Shown: positions 9,585 to 19,248 of the stretch, piece by piece
Numbering within the stretch: the stretch's first letter is position 1
Layout of the letters: every line of letters starts with the position of its first letter
Assembly: GCA_963722385.1 (NCBI GenBank)
Contig: CAVRKK010000002.1
Coordinates: 832,001 to 896,000 of the forward strand
Direction: 5' to 3'
Length of the DNA: 64,000 nucleotides
Source: an uncultured bacterium
GTDB taxonomy: Bacteria; Babelota; Babeliae; Babelales; Babelaceae
Made by a program: the position numbers and the translations under genes
The notes under the pieces: generated by a model
Told to the model about the DNA's origin: nothing
The model's database searches: none
What the model saw: the letters and a program-made list of their open reading frames with translations, nothing else

Positions 9585-12500
9585 ATGAAGCAGCTAAACG
9601 TAATCTGCATTTTAGCTTTCTTATGTTGCAGTTTACTGGTTCGGCTAGCACATGCCCAAGAAATTGAAACTCCAGAAGAGCTATCGGCCAGGAAAGCTCA
9701 TTTAGAAAAGGAACAAGGGCAACTTGAGCAAAAATTACTTTTAGCTCAACGAGAAAACAAACCGGAAGAAGTTTTAAAAATTGAAAACCAGAAAAAGCAA
9801 ATTGCTCAGCAGCTTAAGAAGATAGATGAAGAGGAATCACGAGCAGTTCCCGTTGTCTCCCCAACAACACCGTCTAATCAAGTGCCAATTGTAGTCACAA
9901 AAGCTGGTAGTGAACAAGATGTTCTCCAAGCACCAGATATAATAAGTTGGCAAAAAGCTTGGGAAGCATTTGCTGAACAACCTGGCAGACTTTGGGGCAA
10001 AGGCGGCGCTTTGTTTGCCGCTACTTCCCCTGGAGAAAGAGCACAGAATATTGTTGAAATTATAAAGAAATTACCTGATAACTTTACTGCTAATCAAAGT
10101 ATTGATGCGCTCTCTCTTATAGCTCAGCAAGCGCTTGACATGAAAAATAAGAATTATTTTACGCCAGATGAAGCTAATCGTGATTACGGCCGAATAATCA
10201 AAGCTCTAGCTAAAAAGCTAGGCCAAGTCATCGAAAATGCCCATTATCAAGATCAAAGTCCTGAACAGGTAAATCAGTTACTTATGACAATCCTCAAAAA
10301 AATTAAGGCAGACCCTCAATTTGAAAGACTGATACAAACTACCATTGTTACTAAGATGGTTGAATATTTAAAGACCATGCCATTACAAGAGGGTTCTGCA
10401 AATATCTTAAGTAATTTTGGCGACATAATAGACGTTTTTCTTAAACTCTCAAAAGGTATTGTTCTGGCTGAAATTCATATTCACGCGATTCAAACTGCTT
10501 TGGCAGAAGTCATTGAAAAAATAGCTGAGCCTATTGCTAACCTATCATTTGAACAGGGACTAAGTACGCTCAAGGATATAGCGGAAAGTAAGAATGTTAA
10601 AGCATTATCCAAGAAGATGCCACAGCTTTCCCATATATTTGTTATTACTGCGAATCGACTTTTATCGAACGAATTAAGCAATCATAGTTTAACACGCGAT
10701 ATTTCACCGCTTACGCAACCTGGCCAAACGGAAGAGCAGAAAGAAGCATTATACCTGAATGCTTATGTTAAAGAAGTAGACTTGCTCAATAAATATTTAA
10801 TTTTTACCAAGAAGAATGGCGCCAGCAAAACAGACCCAGAATTTCAAGCAGCGGCACGAAGGCTTTCTCGCGTTAACGATTTTATGAATGAACAAAAGGA
10901 TTTGCCAGAAACACAAGCCAATAAGCAACTTTTTAACAAGCTCAATAAGGCTATTTTTAAGGTGCTCGACACGCTGGTCGATGAAGGCGGCATCATGGGT
11001 GTTCTCGAGCATGATACAGAATTTGAGTCAAAAGAAGAGGAACAAAGCAAGCTTTTCAATCGGCTGTCTGCGCTTCCTGAAGATATGCTCGCTGGGATGA
11101 ATCAAGAAGCTACCAGCGTACTTGAACAAATGAGCAAAACTACTGATCCAAAAAGGCTTAAAGAGCTTTATGATAACTTAGAGGCTATCTACGTAAACCT
11201 TACCCAGCCACTCATCGAGGAGAAAGATAAAAGCTATGACTTAAAAGATTTACTTATTGAATCGGCTGATCTTGCAAACTTAAGTAAGCTTACCGAACAA
11301 ATCGAAAAAGCCCTTGGGCCTCGAAAAGAAGTACTCCAAAAGAATGTTAAGCGCCTCGTAACGATAAGAGACCGCTTTAATGAAATATTGCCAAAGCTTA
11401 AAGAATCTTCTCTTGCAAATATCACCGCCCATGGCAAAGAACTTGGTCAGCAAAAACAGGATCTTGAGAAAATAACAGAATATGCAGTACCCGAAGGGAT
11501 GGTGCCAGAGTTTCAACGTACCTATGGGCAGGTAGAGGCATGGACGGACATCATCGACGCAGCTGAAGCATATAAAGCGTTAACTAGTGCGCCTGCTCAA
11601 TTAACCGAGCAAGAAAAAGCAACTGTTGGCCAAGTGTATGTAACCGTAACCAAAGCTTTTGCTGGCATTCCTGTTTCCCTCGATTATGATCAAGAAAAAA
11701 TATTTACCGATCGTCTTGAGGCTATGAAGAAGCAACAAGAAGCATTGGATAAGCTTACGAGTCTCGTGCGTGAGCCAAAAGCAACTATCGGTGGCAAAGA
11801 GTACGATTTGCTGCAGGTTGCGGGCTTTATTAAAAAGCTTGCTTATCGTTTTGAGAAACTTTCGTCACAGCAGCTTGATGATTTAGAAAAAAGTGGCTTT
11901 TTGATTCATGACGTACGAGAGGGTCAAACATATTATAGGCCAAGTGATCGTGGCCTTTATTTAGTCAGCATTGCTGATACGCTTAATGACGTTGAACGCC
12001 GCGCAAAGCAGCTTGATGAATATCAAAAGCAGCATGCTTCTGGTATAGAGCCAAGCCTTCAGAGACTCAGCCCTACGGGGCGACCTATCGAAATTGCAGA
12101 GGCTTATAGACTGCAGTTGCTTATTCTTGATGATCAGGTTGATGTTCTTCAGTATCTCTATCGTAGAAACATTCTCGAAAACAAAGTTGAAGAAGCAGTT
12201 TCTGGTGTTGTTAATACTACTGCTATCAATAACCCGCCGCCACTGGCCAAAATTGATAAAACAGAATTGCTCAATGATATAAGTGATTTGCTCTCCGTAG
12301 CACGTGCCGAGTTAAGAAAGGAATCAGTCAATCCCTATTTTGAGTCACTTGTTGAAAGTGAAGCTTATATTGAGTCGTTACCTCAAAAAGAGCAGGCGGA
12401 AGCACGCAAGGCAGCTGGCTTAACAACCTGGATTATGCGCATTATTGGCCTCTCTGATCCTGAGGCAGTTTTTACCGCTGATGAGGCAACTATTACTGAA

Positions 12501-13643
12501 GAGGTCAAAGATATCTATACCAAGTTGAAAAGTGCCGTTAATGCCAGCTTAGCTGATCTTGCTGCTCGCTGGAAGCAAGCGATGATTGCTGGTAAAGAGA
12601 CTGCCAGTAAAGTAGCATGGTACAGCGCAATTCCCGCCGCTGTTGTTGCTTTCTTTGCCACTAAAATAACGGTGCAGGCGGGAGCACCGATAATCGGCGG
12701 AACCCTGGGAAGCGCCATTGGACCCGTAGGAACCGTTGCTGGGGCAACTATTGGAAGCATGGTGGGCGGTGTGACAGGCGATATTGCTGCTCTCTTTGCT
12801 GGCGCCGGTGCAGGAGCGAGCTTGTACCTTCTTTATGCGACCCTGAAGCCAACCGAACAAGATTATGAAAAATTAAACGAGCTTCTTTTTAAAGCAGGCT
12901 ATGTGCCTGAATATATTCAAAAAGATCCTGGACTTTGGAATAAAGCCGTTGAGAAAATGAAAAGCTTGTTTTCTTCTGAGGTCACCAATATGGTCAAGGA
13001 TGCAGAAAAGGTAAAAGAGGGAGTTGATCAAAAAATAGCATGGGCTACTAAAGCACAAGAAGAGCTTTATGCGCAGCTTGGCATTGAACCCAATGCGCGA
13101 GCGACTGCTGTAGAAGCTGGCTTTAAGCAAAAAGAAGAAGCGCTCAAAGGTCGGCTTTTCTTAAATCGGTGGCTTACCAAAAAGAACTTAACGCGAGACT
13201 ATCGCCGTATGCTTAAATGCCATATCGAAGCACGCCGCGCCCAAATAGAATACAACAGTGTTCTTGTTGACATAGCTACCAAAATTATGGCTGATGTAGC
13301 ACGGGAAAATACCGGCATCCTCGATGGCATCTGGAATTTTATCTGGGGCACTAAACAAGGGACTGAAGAGAAACCAACCGCTGACAAATTGATCCAAACG
13401 GCGCGCGACACTATCGATGTATATCGTCGCCAAGTGGCTGATCTTATTGCCCTTGAATCAATGATTGAAAAGCAGGCGGGGGACATTAGCAAAGCTGATC
13501 CTTTTGGTAAAGGAAACACGTTAATTGACGCATTTAGAGATCAGTTTAATAGTAGAGTTAACGATTTAGAAGTCTCATACGTCGATAATGTTAATCTTCT
13601 GCTTGAGTCTCAAGGCAAGAAAACGCTCAGCCTCCCTACCTAA
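9585..13643 (+). CDS. Large secreted alpha-helical protein with a glycine-zipper hydrophobic segment, paralog A (1352 aa)
   Basis: AGGAG RBS; signal peptide (AHA-Q); coiled-coil character; Gly/Ala-rich hydrophobic block at about aa 1010-1085. Confidence 0.85.
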   Translation: MKQLNVICILAFLCCSLLVRLAHAQEIETPEELSARKAHLEKEQGQLEQKLLLAQRENKPEEVLKIENQKKQIAQQLKKIDEEESRAVPVVSPTTPSNQVPIVVTKAGSEQDVLQAPDIISWQKAWEAFAEQPGRLWGKGGALFAATSPGERAQNIVEIIKKLPDNFTANQSIDALSLIAQQALDMKNKNYFTPDEANRDYGRIIKALAKKLGQVIENAHYQDQSPEQVNQLLMTILKKIKADPQFERLIQTTIVTKMVEYLKTMPLQEGSANILSNFGDIIDVFLKLSKGIVLAEIHIHAIQTALAEVIEKIAEPIANLSFEQGLSTLKDIAESKNVKALSKKMPQLSHIFVITANRLLSNELSNHSLTRDISPLTQPGQTEEQKEALYLNAYVKEVDLLNKYLIFTKKNGASKTDPEFQAAARRLSRVNDFMNEQKDLPETQANKQLFNKLNKAIFKVLDTLVDEGGIMGVLEHDTEFESKEEEQSKLFNRLSALPEDMLAGMNQEATSVLEQMSKTTDPKRLKELYDNLEAIYVNLTQPLIEEKDKSYDLKDLLIESADLANLSKLTEQIEKALGPRKEVLQKNVKRLVTIRDRFNEILPKLKESSLANITAHGKELGQQKQDLEKITEYAVPEGMVPEFQRTYGQVEAWTDIIDAAEAYKALTSAPAQLTEQEKATVGQVYVTVTKAFAGIPVSLDYDQEKIFTDRLEAMKKQQEALDKLTSLVREPKATIGGKEYDLLQVAGFIKKLAYRFEKLSSQQLDDLEKSGFLIHDVREGQTYYRPSDRGLYLVSIADTLNDVERRAKQLDEYQKQHASGIEPSLQRLSPTGRPIEIAEAYRLQLLILDDQVDVLQYLYRRNILENKVEEAVSGVVNTTAINNPPPLAKIDKTELLNDISDLLSVARAELRKESVNPYFESLVESEAYIESLPQKEQAEARKAAGLTTWIMRIIGLSDPEAVFTADEATITEEVKDIYTKLKSAVNASLADLAARWKQAMIAGKETASKVAWYSAIPAAVVAFFATKITVQAGAPIIGGTLGSAIGPVGTVAGATIGSMVGGVTGDIAALFAGAGAGASLYLLYATLKPTEQDYEKLNELLFKAGYVPEYIQKDPGLWNKAVEKMKSLFSSEVTNMVKDAEKVKEGVDQKIAWATKAQEELYAQLGIEPNARATAVEAGFKQKEEALKGRLFLNRWLTKKNLTRDYRRMLKCHIEARRAQIEYNSVLVDIATKIMADVARENTGILDGIWNFIWGTKQGTEEKPTADKLIQTARDTIDVYRRQVADLIALESMIEKQAGDISKADPFGKGNTLIDAFRDQFNSRVNDLEVSYVDNVNLLLESQGKKTLSLPT

Positions 13644-13720
13644 AAATTTGACTCTTAGAGGGGAGGTGCGATTATAACGCATCTCCCGGTAAGTTTTTGC
13701 TGAATTTAGAATTTAGTTTC

Positions 13721-14783
13721 CTAAAGCTCTGCTGGAACTGGTGCTGTCGCATAATTCACCGAGCCACCCGTGCGATGACGGTTAACAAAATATTTATAGG
13801 CAAAATAACCAGCGATACCAGCTACAACTAACCCAGTAAGACCAGCAACCCCACCTACAATAGGTCCTGCGATTATAGCGATATTGGTCGAACCGCCATC
13901 ACCTGAATTTTCTTGGCCCGCATTACTCAACCCAAAGACTTGGGCAATCGATACGTCATCAGAGTAAAAATTAGCAGTAGCAACAAGCGAGCTTCCATCT
14001 TCGGCGAGTTGCGGTGAAAAGACTATTGATACGCAATCCATGGAATCGCCTGGCAGAACATATGATGTACTGTTATGTATTATGCCGTTTGTTGTTTGCA
14101 AAAGAGCAATGGTACTCGAGCCACTGTTAGCGGTGGCAAACTGCGAAGCATCGGGCGAAAGAGCAATTGAACCAGGTTGGGCATTGCCTTGCGGTAGCTG
14201 GCGAGACTGGCCGTCGGACAGCGAATTTCCTTGAACAAGGAAAAGAGAAATATCATCTGACCCACTGTTTGCGGCAACAACCACCGTGTTGCCATTGCTG
14301 TCCAAGAAAGAAATAACAGAAGCGGGGACGGAAGACCCGGTTGGTAGTGGCTTTGAACCGCTGTAATCTAACAGCCCATTTACAAGCTTAAAAAGCGAGA
14401 TATCGTGCGACTTCGCATTGGCAGTGACAAGAAAGTTGCTATCGGGCGTAAAGGTCAAAGCTACCGGTTGCGTAGAATTTATCAAAGAGTAAGAGCGGGA
14501 TTTTGGGGTGTTTCTGCAACTACTTTAAAGAGTGTTACATCACTCGAGTTGCTGTTGGCGGTTGCAAGATAAGCATCGTTTGGCGAAAAAGCAACTGCAA
14601 CGGGAACGGTTGATCCTGCAGGAAGTGCGTATGAGCTAGCATCAGCAAGCTTCCCAATTACCACGTTAAAAAGGGTCACATCGCTAGAGTTACTATTAGC
14701 CGTTGCTAAGTAACTGCTATTTGATGAGAACGTTATTCCCGTAGGGCTTAATGAGCCTGCAGGAAGTACTAGTTGATCAGCTC
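13721..14783 (-). pseudogene. Beta-propeller TM protein (paralog of 2764-4023), frameshifted and 5'-truncated
   Basis: Same LPxGSxxPxxVAFSP..LATAN repeats in two frames broken near 14485; C-terminal TM intact; no signal peptide. Confidence 0.75.
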
Positions 14784-14863
14784 ACGTCGCTTCCCCCGTA
14801 TTTCTCATAACTTAGGAGTAATACTTAGTGATCCCTGTTTTTTAAAAACATAGAAAGGTTTAG

Positions 14864-14895
14864 AAAAGAGCCGGTAGAGCATTAAGCTCTACCGG
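14864..14895 (-). terminator. Intrinsic terminator after the collagen-like gene
   Basis: CCGGTAGAGC-ATTAA-GCTCTACCGG 10-bp stem, followed by CTCTTTT on the minus strand. Confidence 0.65.
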
Positions 14896-14909
14896 GTTAA
14901 AATAATAAA

Positions 14910-16262
14910 TTAACCTATTCTTATGATTGAGACAGTAGCTATAGGTGCATCTGCTGAAGTGCCATCTACATTTGGTATTTCACACAAAGATATACCTGTT
15001 GTTGAGAAGCAGCCCCATTGGAAGGTAAGGTCTGTTCCTCCTGTGTAATTGAGAATAAAGGTGTTTGATACCTCAGTTGCTCCTATATTTGACGTTGTAA
15101 TTATTGTGGTAGGAATGGTTACCGATTCCTGACTTCCTGAATAGGTAGTACCCCCAATTTGAGCGTGTGCCGAGAGGACAACGGTACCAGCTGCGTCAAG
15201 ATTAGCTGAGGTTGCTATATTATATGATACGGAATAAATACCGGAGTTCGGGTTGGAAAATGTTGTGCCACCAGTCAGCGTCCATCCATCTGCTATTACT
15301 TCAGTGAACTGCGTTATTGTATTATATGTATTGGCAGAACCTGTTGACAAGTTTGTCTGGAAAGCATTTATATAGTCGTGATTTGTAAAAACAACACCGG
15401 TCGAACCCGTTGGACCTGTTTGCCCAGTCGAACCAGTCGAGCCTATAGTACCAGTTGGGCCAGTTTGTCCCGTCGATCCTGTCGAGCCTACTCCTGTTGG
15501 ACCAGTGAAACCAGTTGAACCGGTCGAGCCTATGAGACCCGTTGGGCCAGTTTGTCCCGTCGATCCTGTCGAGCCTACTCCTGTTGGACCAGTGAAACCA
15601 GTTGAACCGGTCGAGCCTATGAGACCCGTTGGACCCGTTTGTCCCGTCGATCCTGTCGAGCCTGCTCCCGTTGGGCCAGTGAAACCAGTTGAACCGGTCG
15701 AGCCTATGAGACCCGTTGGACCCGTTTGTCCCGTCGATCCTGTCGAGCCTGCTCCCGTTGGGCCAGTGAAACCAGTTGAACCAGTCGAGCCTATTGCACC
15801 AGTTGGGCCAGTTTGTCCCGTCGATCCTGTCGAGCCTGCTCCCGTTGGGCCAGTGAAACCAGTTGAACCAGTCGAGCCTATTGCACCAGTTGGGCCAGTT
15901 TGTCCCGTCGATCCTGTCTGACCTGTTGAGCCTGTATGACCACGCCTGCCCCTTCTGCCTCGATTTCCCTGGTTACCTTTGCGACCTCGATGGCCAGTAG
16001 GCCCTGTTGGTCCCGGACGACCATGTTTGCCGCGTTTACCTTCTTCCCCGTGCTTGCCGCGGTGTCCGGTAGTTCCGGTAGAGCCGGTTGAGCCAACTCG
16101 CCGATGTCGGTGCCGGTCATGATGTGCATCTTTTTGCTGCCTTGAAAGTATAGGCTGGTGGTGCCGCACTTTTTGTGCGGAGTCGGGCTTGCTCAGGGTG
16201 TCGCCGGCAATCAGGCCAAATAACCCCAAGAGCATGGCAAATAAGACAAAATTTTTCCTCAT
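14910..16262 (-). CDS. Secreted collagen-like protein (GXT repeats, BclA-like layout)
   Basis: Signal peptide, Arg/His-rich G-X-Y region, long [12 protein letters not shown] run, beta-rich C-terminal domain. Confidence 0.88.
   Translation of the reverse strand: MRKNFVLFAMLLGLFGLIAGDTLSKPDSAQKVRHHQPILSRQQKDAHHDRHRHRRVGSTGSTGTTGHRGKHGEEGKRGKHGRPGPTGPTGHRGRKGNQGNRGRRGRRGHTGSTGQTGSTGQTGPTGAIGSTGSTGFTGPTGAGSTGSTGQTGPTGAIGSTGSTGFTGPTGAGSTGSTGQTGPTGLIGSTGSTGFTGPTGAGSTGSTGQTGPTGLIGSTGSTGFTGPTGVGSTGSTGQTGPTGLIGSTGSTGFTGPTGVGSTGSTGQTGPTGTIGSTGSTGQTGPTGSTGVVFTNHDYINAFQTNLSTGSANTYNTITQFTEVIADGWTLTGGTTFSNPNSGIYSVSYNIATSANLDAAGTVVLSAHAQIGGTTYSGSQESVTIPTTIITTSNIGATEVSNTFILNYTGGTDLTFQWGCFSTTGISLCEIPNVDGTSADAPIATVSIIRIG
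15395..15935. repeat. 87-bp tandem repeat, about 6 units
   Basis: GTCGAGCCTACTCC recurs at 15481 and 15568; unit encodes [13 protein letters not shown](A/L)[14 protein letters not shown](A/V). Confidence 0.9.
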
Positions 16263-16602
16263 TGACCTCTCCTTTTTAATAACTATTTCTTCTTGCCTCC
16301 CCCTCAGAATTTAGCATCCTCCCTTTCGTATATAAGCGTGACTGTTCAAGAATGGGTTTGTTAGCATCCATCTTGCTTTTAAATCATCGATTCTATAATT
16401 AGTACATTATTATTAAAATTAACGAATGCTCCTCTAGTTAAGTACTTTTTTGTGCTACTCGTCAACCAAATATTTCACTATTACAGTCATATAAAAAAGA
16501 TAGAATAAAAAAATTGCGCAAAAATCAGCTCTTAAAAAGCAAGTTGCTACTAGCACAGAAAAGCTATCCTTGCTATTCTGAATATACTGTGGCGATTTTT
16601 TT

Positions 16603-17286
16603 ATGGTTATGAACGAACTTATTTTTTTTATCTACCTCTTAGCGACCTCGCTCTCGTTACTGATAGCTCTGCTCCTGGGCAAAGAGGCGCTTGTTGCTTT
16701 AGTAAGCCTCCAGCTTGTTCTTGCCAATCTTTTTGTTATCAAGCAAATTACCCTCGTGGGCTTTACCGTGACCTCCTCAGATGCTTTGGCGGTTAGCATC
16801 ACGCTGGGCATGAATCTTATACAAGAATACTACGGCAAACAGTCTGTTCTGCGTGCAATAGCCATTAGCTTTTTCTGTATGCTCTTTTTTACCATTACTT
16901 CACTCCTTCACGTTGCGTATCTGCCAAGCGTGGAAGATAAAGCACATGCATGCTTCAGTCTTATCTTAAGTCCTATGCCGCGCCTTATTATTGCCTCGCT
17001 TGTTACCTATCTTATCGTGCAGTTGCTTGATTCATGGCTCTATGGCGCCTTGAAAAAAATTGTTCATGATAGATTCTTTATTTTCCGTAATTATGTATCT
17101 ATCAGTATCACTCAATTTGTCGATACCGTCCTTTTTAGCTTTTTGGGACTTTATGGTATAATAGAGCACTTAGGAGACGTGATTGTGCTGAGTTATGCGG
17201 TAAAGCTTGCAACGCTTATTATTGCCGTACCGTTTCTTGCTCTTTCACGCTGGATGACAAAAACCATTTTCAAGAAAAAACTATAA
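16603..17286 (+). CDS. yhhQ: Queuosine precursor/queuine transporter (YhhQ/Vut_1)
   Basis: Polytopic; ANLFVIKQI, EYYGK, PRLIIASLVTYLIVQLLD, RNYVS..ITQFVDTVLF; adjacent to tgt. Confidence 0.88.
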   Translation: MVMNELIFFIYLLATSLSLLIALLLGKEALVALVSLQLVLANLFVIKQITLVGFTVTSSDALAVSITLGMNLIQEYYGKQSVLRAIAISFFCMLFFTITSLLHVAYLPSVEDKAHACFSLILSPMPRLIIASLVTYLIVQLLDSWLYGALKKIVHDRFFIFRNYVSISITQFVDTVLFSFLGLYGIIEHLGDVIVLSYAVKLATLIIAVPFLALSRWMTKTIFKKKL

Positions 17287-17288
17287 GT

Positions 17289-18410
17289 ATGCGATTTGAG
17301 ATAGTACATCAATCACGTATTTCTCGAGCTCGTGTAGGTCGCATCTATACGCCTCATGGCGTTATTGACACGCCTGGCTTTGTTCCTGTCGCAACGAATG
17401 CCGCCGTAAAAGCCATCGATTCGCAGACCGTTCAAAATCTCGGTACCCAGCTTATTTTTTGCAACACGTATCACCTTCTCTTACACCCAGGGCCGGAGGT
17501 AGTTCGTGCATGTGGGGGCCTCCATGCCTTTATGAATTACACGCATCCGCTTATAACCGATTCAGGGGGCTTTCAGGTATTTAGCCTGGCCTATGGCACC
17601 GTCCATGATGAGCTTAAAAGTAAGGGTGTTAAAAAGCAGGAAGGCTCTGTGGTGAAGATCACAGAGGAGGGCGTCCTTTTTAGGTCATACCGTGATGGCA
17701 CGCTTATTTTGTTAACGCCCGAATCCTCAATACAAGCACAGAAAGACCTGGGCGCCGATATTATCATACCGCTTGATGAACTGCCGCCTTATCATATTAC
17801 TGAACATGCGCTAAAGCGCTCTCTTGAACGTACCCATCGATGGGAAAAGCGGTCGCTTGATGAGCACCTCAAAAATCCCGCAGGGCAAGCAATATACGCG
17901 GTGATCCATGGTGGCATAAACCAGCAGCTGCGTCAGGCCAGTTGCCAAGAGCTTTCTCGACACCCTTGGGATGGCTTTGCCATCGGCGGCAGCATGGGCA
18001 AAAACCGTACCGAAATGGTAACCATGCTCACGGCGCTCATGCCGTTTATTCCTTCAGATAAGCCAAATCACCTGCTTGGCATAGGCGATATTGCATCACT
18101 TGATGAGTGTGTGCCTCTAGGTATCGATACGTTTGATAGCTCACACCCTACACGCGCAGCACGGCACGGTCTTCTTTTTACCAGTACGGGCCCGCTCAAA
18201 ATTCTCCAGACAAGCCATCGAAGCTCATGCGTGCCCATCGACCCCGCTTGTTCATGCCCAACATGTATTAACTATACTCGTGCGTATCTCCATCACCTCT
18301 TTAAGGCCCATGAAATGAGCTCGTTTACCCTTGCTAGTATCCATAACCTTCACTACATGGTAGGCCTTATGGCAAACTATAGAGCAAAAATTATGCGAGA
18401 TGAGCTATGA
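17289..18410 (+). CDS. tgt: tRNA-guanine transglycosylase
   Basis: TPGFVPVAT, CNTYHL, TDSGGFQVFSL, HLLGIG, CSCPTC zinc site, HNL. Confidence 0.96.
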   Translation: MRFEIVHQSRISRARVGRIYTPHGVIDTPGFVPVATNAAVKAIDSQTVQNLGTQLIFCNTYHLLLHPGPEVVRACGGLHAFMNYTHPLITDSGGFQVFSLAYGTVHDELKSKGVKKQEGSVVKITEEGVLFRSYRDGTLILLTPESSIQAQKDLGADIIIPLDELPPYHITEHALKRSLERTHRWEKRSLDEHLKNPAGQAIYAVIHGGINQQLRQASCQELSRHPWDGFAIGGSMGKNRTEMVTMLTALMPFIPSDKPNHLLGIGDIASLDECVPLGIDTFDSSHPTRAARHGLLFTSTGPLKILQTSHRSSCVPIDPACSCPTCINYTRAYLHHLFKAHEMSSFTLASIHNLHYMVGLMANYRAKIMRDEL

Positions 18411-19159
18411 GGCAGCTGACCTCAGTGCGTAACCCCGAGGTTAAAAAAGTTGTCGCTCTTCACGACAAGAAGGGCCGAACCGAGCATCGCCTGTTTATTG
18501 TTGAGGGTAAGCGCGGCATTCGCTCATTTCTGGACGCGGGATGGCAACCAGCAGAGCTCTTTATGACACACGCAACCTCTGCAAGTGTTGGGAATTTCTT
18601 TCAACCATACACCCTCGTAAGCGATCACGTTATGCAGAAAATGAGCACGAGCACTACGCCAAGCGGTTTACTCGCGCTCTTTCCGCTGCCGGCAAAGCAG
18701 CACCCTAGAGCTCTTGCACCGGGGCTTGTCATGGCCCGTATAAGTGATGCCGGCAATATGGGTACCTTGATACGAACAGCAGCTGCCGTTGGTAATCGAT
18801 CAATCGTTGTTATTGAAGGCTGTGATCCCTGGAGCCCTAAGGTTGTGCAGGCGAGCGCTGGCGCGCTCTCTCTGCTTTCAGTTATTGAGCTTACCTGGCA
18901 AGACTTAGTTGCTGAAAAGGGGTCGTTGGCACTCTGTGCGTTGGTTATCACCGGCGGCAAGCCACCAGAAGAACTCAATCTGTCATCTGCTTTGCTCGTT
19001 GTGGGCAATGAGGCACACGGGATACCGCCGGAATGGCTTGCGCAATGCGATGCGCGCCTAACACTTCCGATGCCGGGCAATACCGAGAGTCTCAATGCAG
19101 CAGTTGCTGGATCGATTGCTTTGTATTTGCAATATCGTCCTTGCTCGAAAACGCGATGA
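18407..19159 (+). CDS. TrmH/SpoU family RNA methyltransferase
   Basis: ISDAGNMGTLIRTA, VGNEAHGI, ESLNAAVA. Confidence 0.92.
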   Translation: MRQLTSVRNPEVKKVVALHDKKGRTEHRLFIVEGKRGIRSFLDAGWQPAELFMTHATSASVGNFFQPYTLVSDHVMQKMSTSTTPSGLLALFPLPAKQHPRALAPGLVMARISDAGNMGTLIRTAAAVGNRSIVVIEGCDPWSPKVVQASAGALSLLSVIELTWQDLVAEKGSLALCALVITGGKPPEELNLSSALLVVGNEAHGIPPEWLAQCDARLTLPMPGNTESLNAAVAGSIALYLQYRPCSKTR

Positions 19160-19248
19160 AAACGCGCGAACCATGTACCTTTTGACAATTTATCCACAAA
19201 GTGGTAGATTTTTAGCCACTTAATGGATAAAAATAAAAATGGTGCTCT

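Larger units (their letters stand above)
8510..13643 (+). repeat. Inverted duplication, copy A (upstream region + ankyrin gene + 1352-aa gene)
   Basis: Reverse-complement homolog of 32275-37408, including the upstream non-coding DNA. Confidence 0.95.

Noticed and set aside
13060..13150. J-domain-like stretch LYAQLGIEPNA...AGFKQK in the 1352-aa protein
   Set aside because: No HPD motif; similarity too short to call.
15505..15921. 138-aa Pro/Val repeat ORF on the + strand
   Set aside because: Antisense shadow of the collagen repeat.
15395..15935. Possible CRISPR array
   Set aside because: Contiguous coding repeats with no unique spacers and no cas genes.
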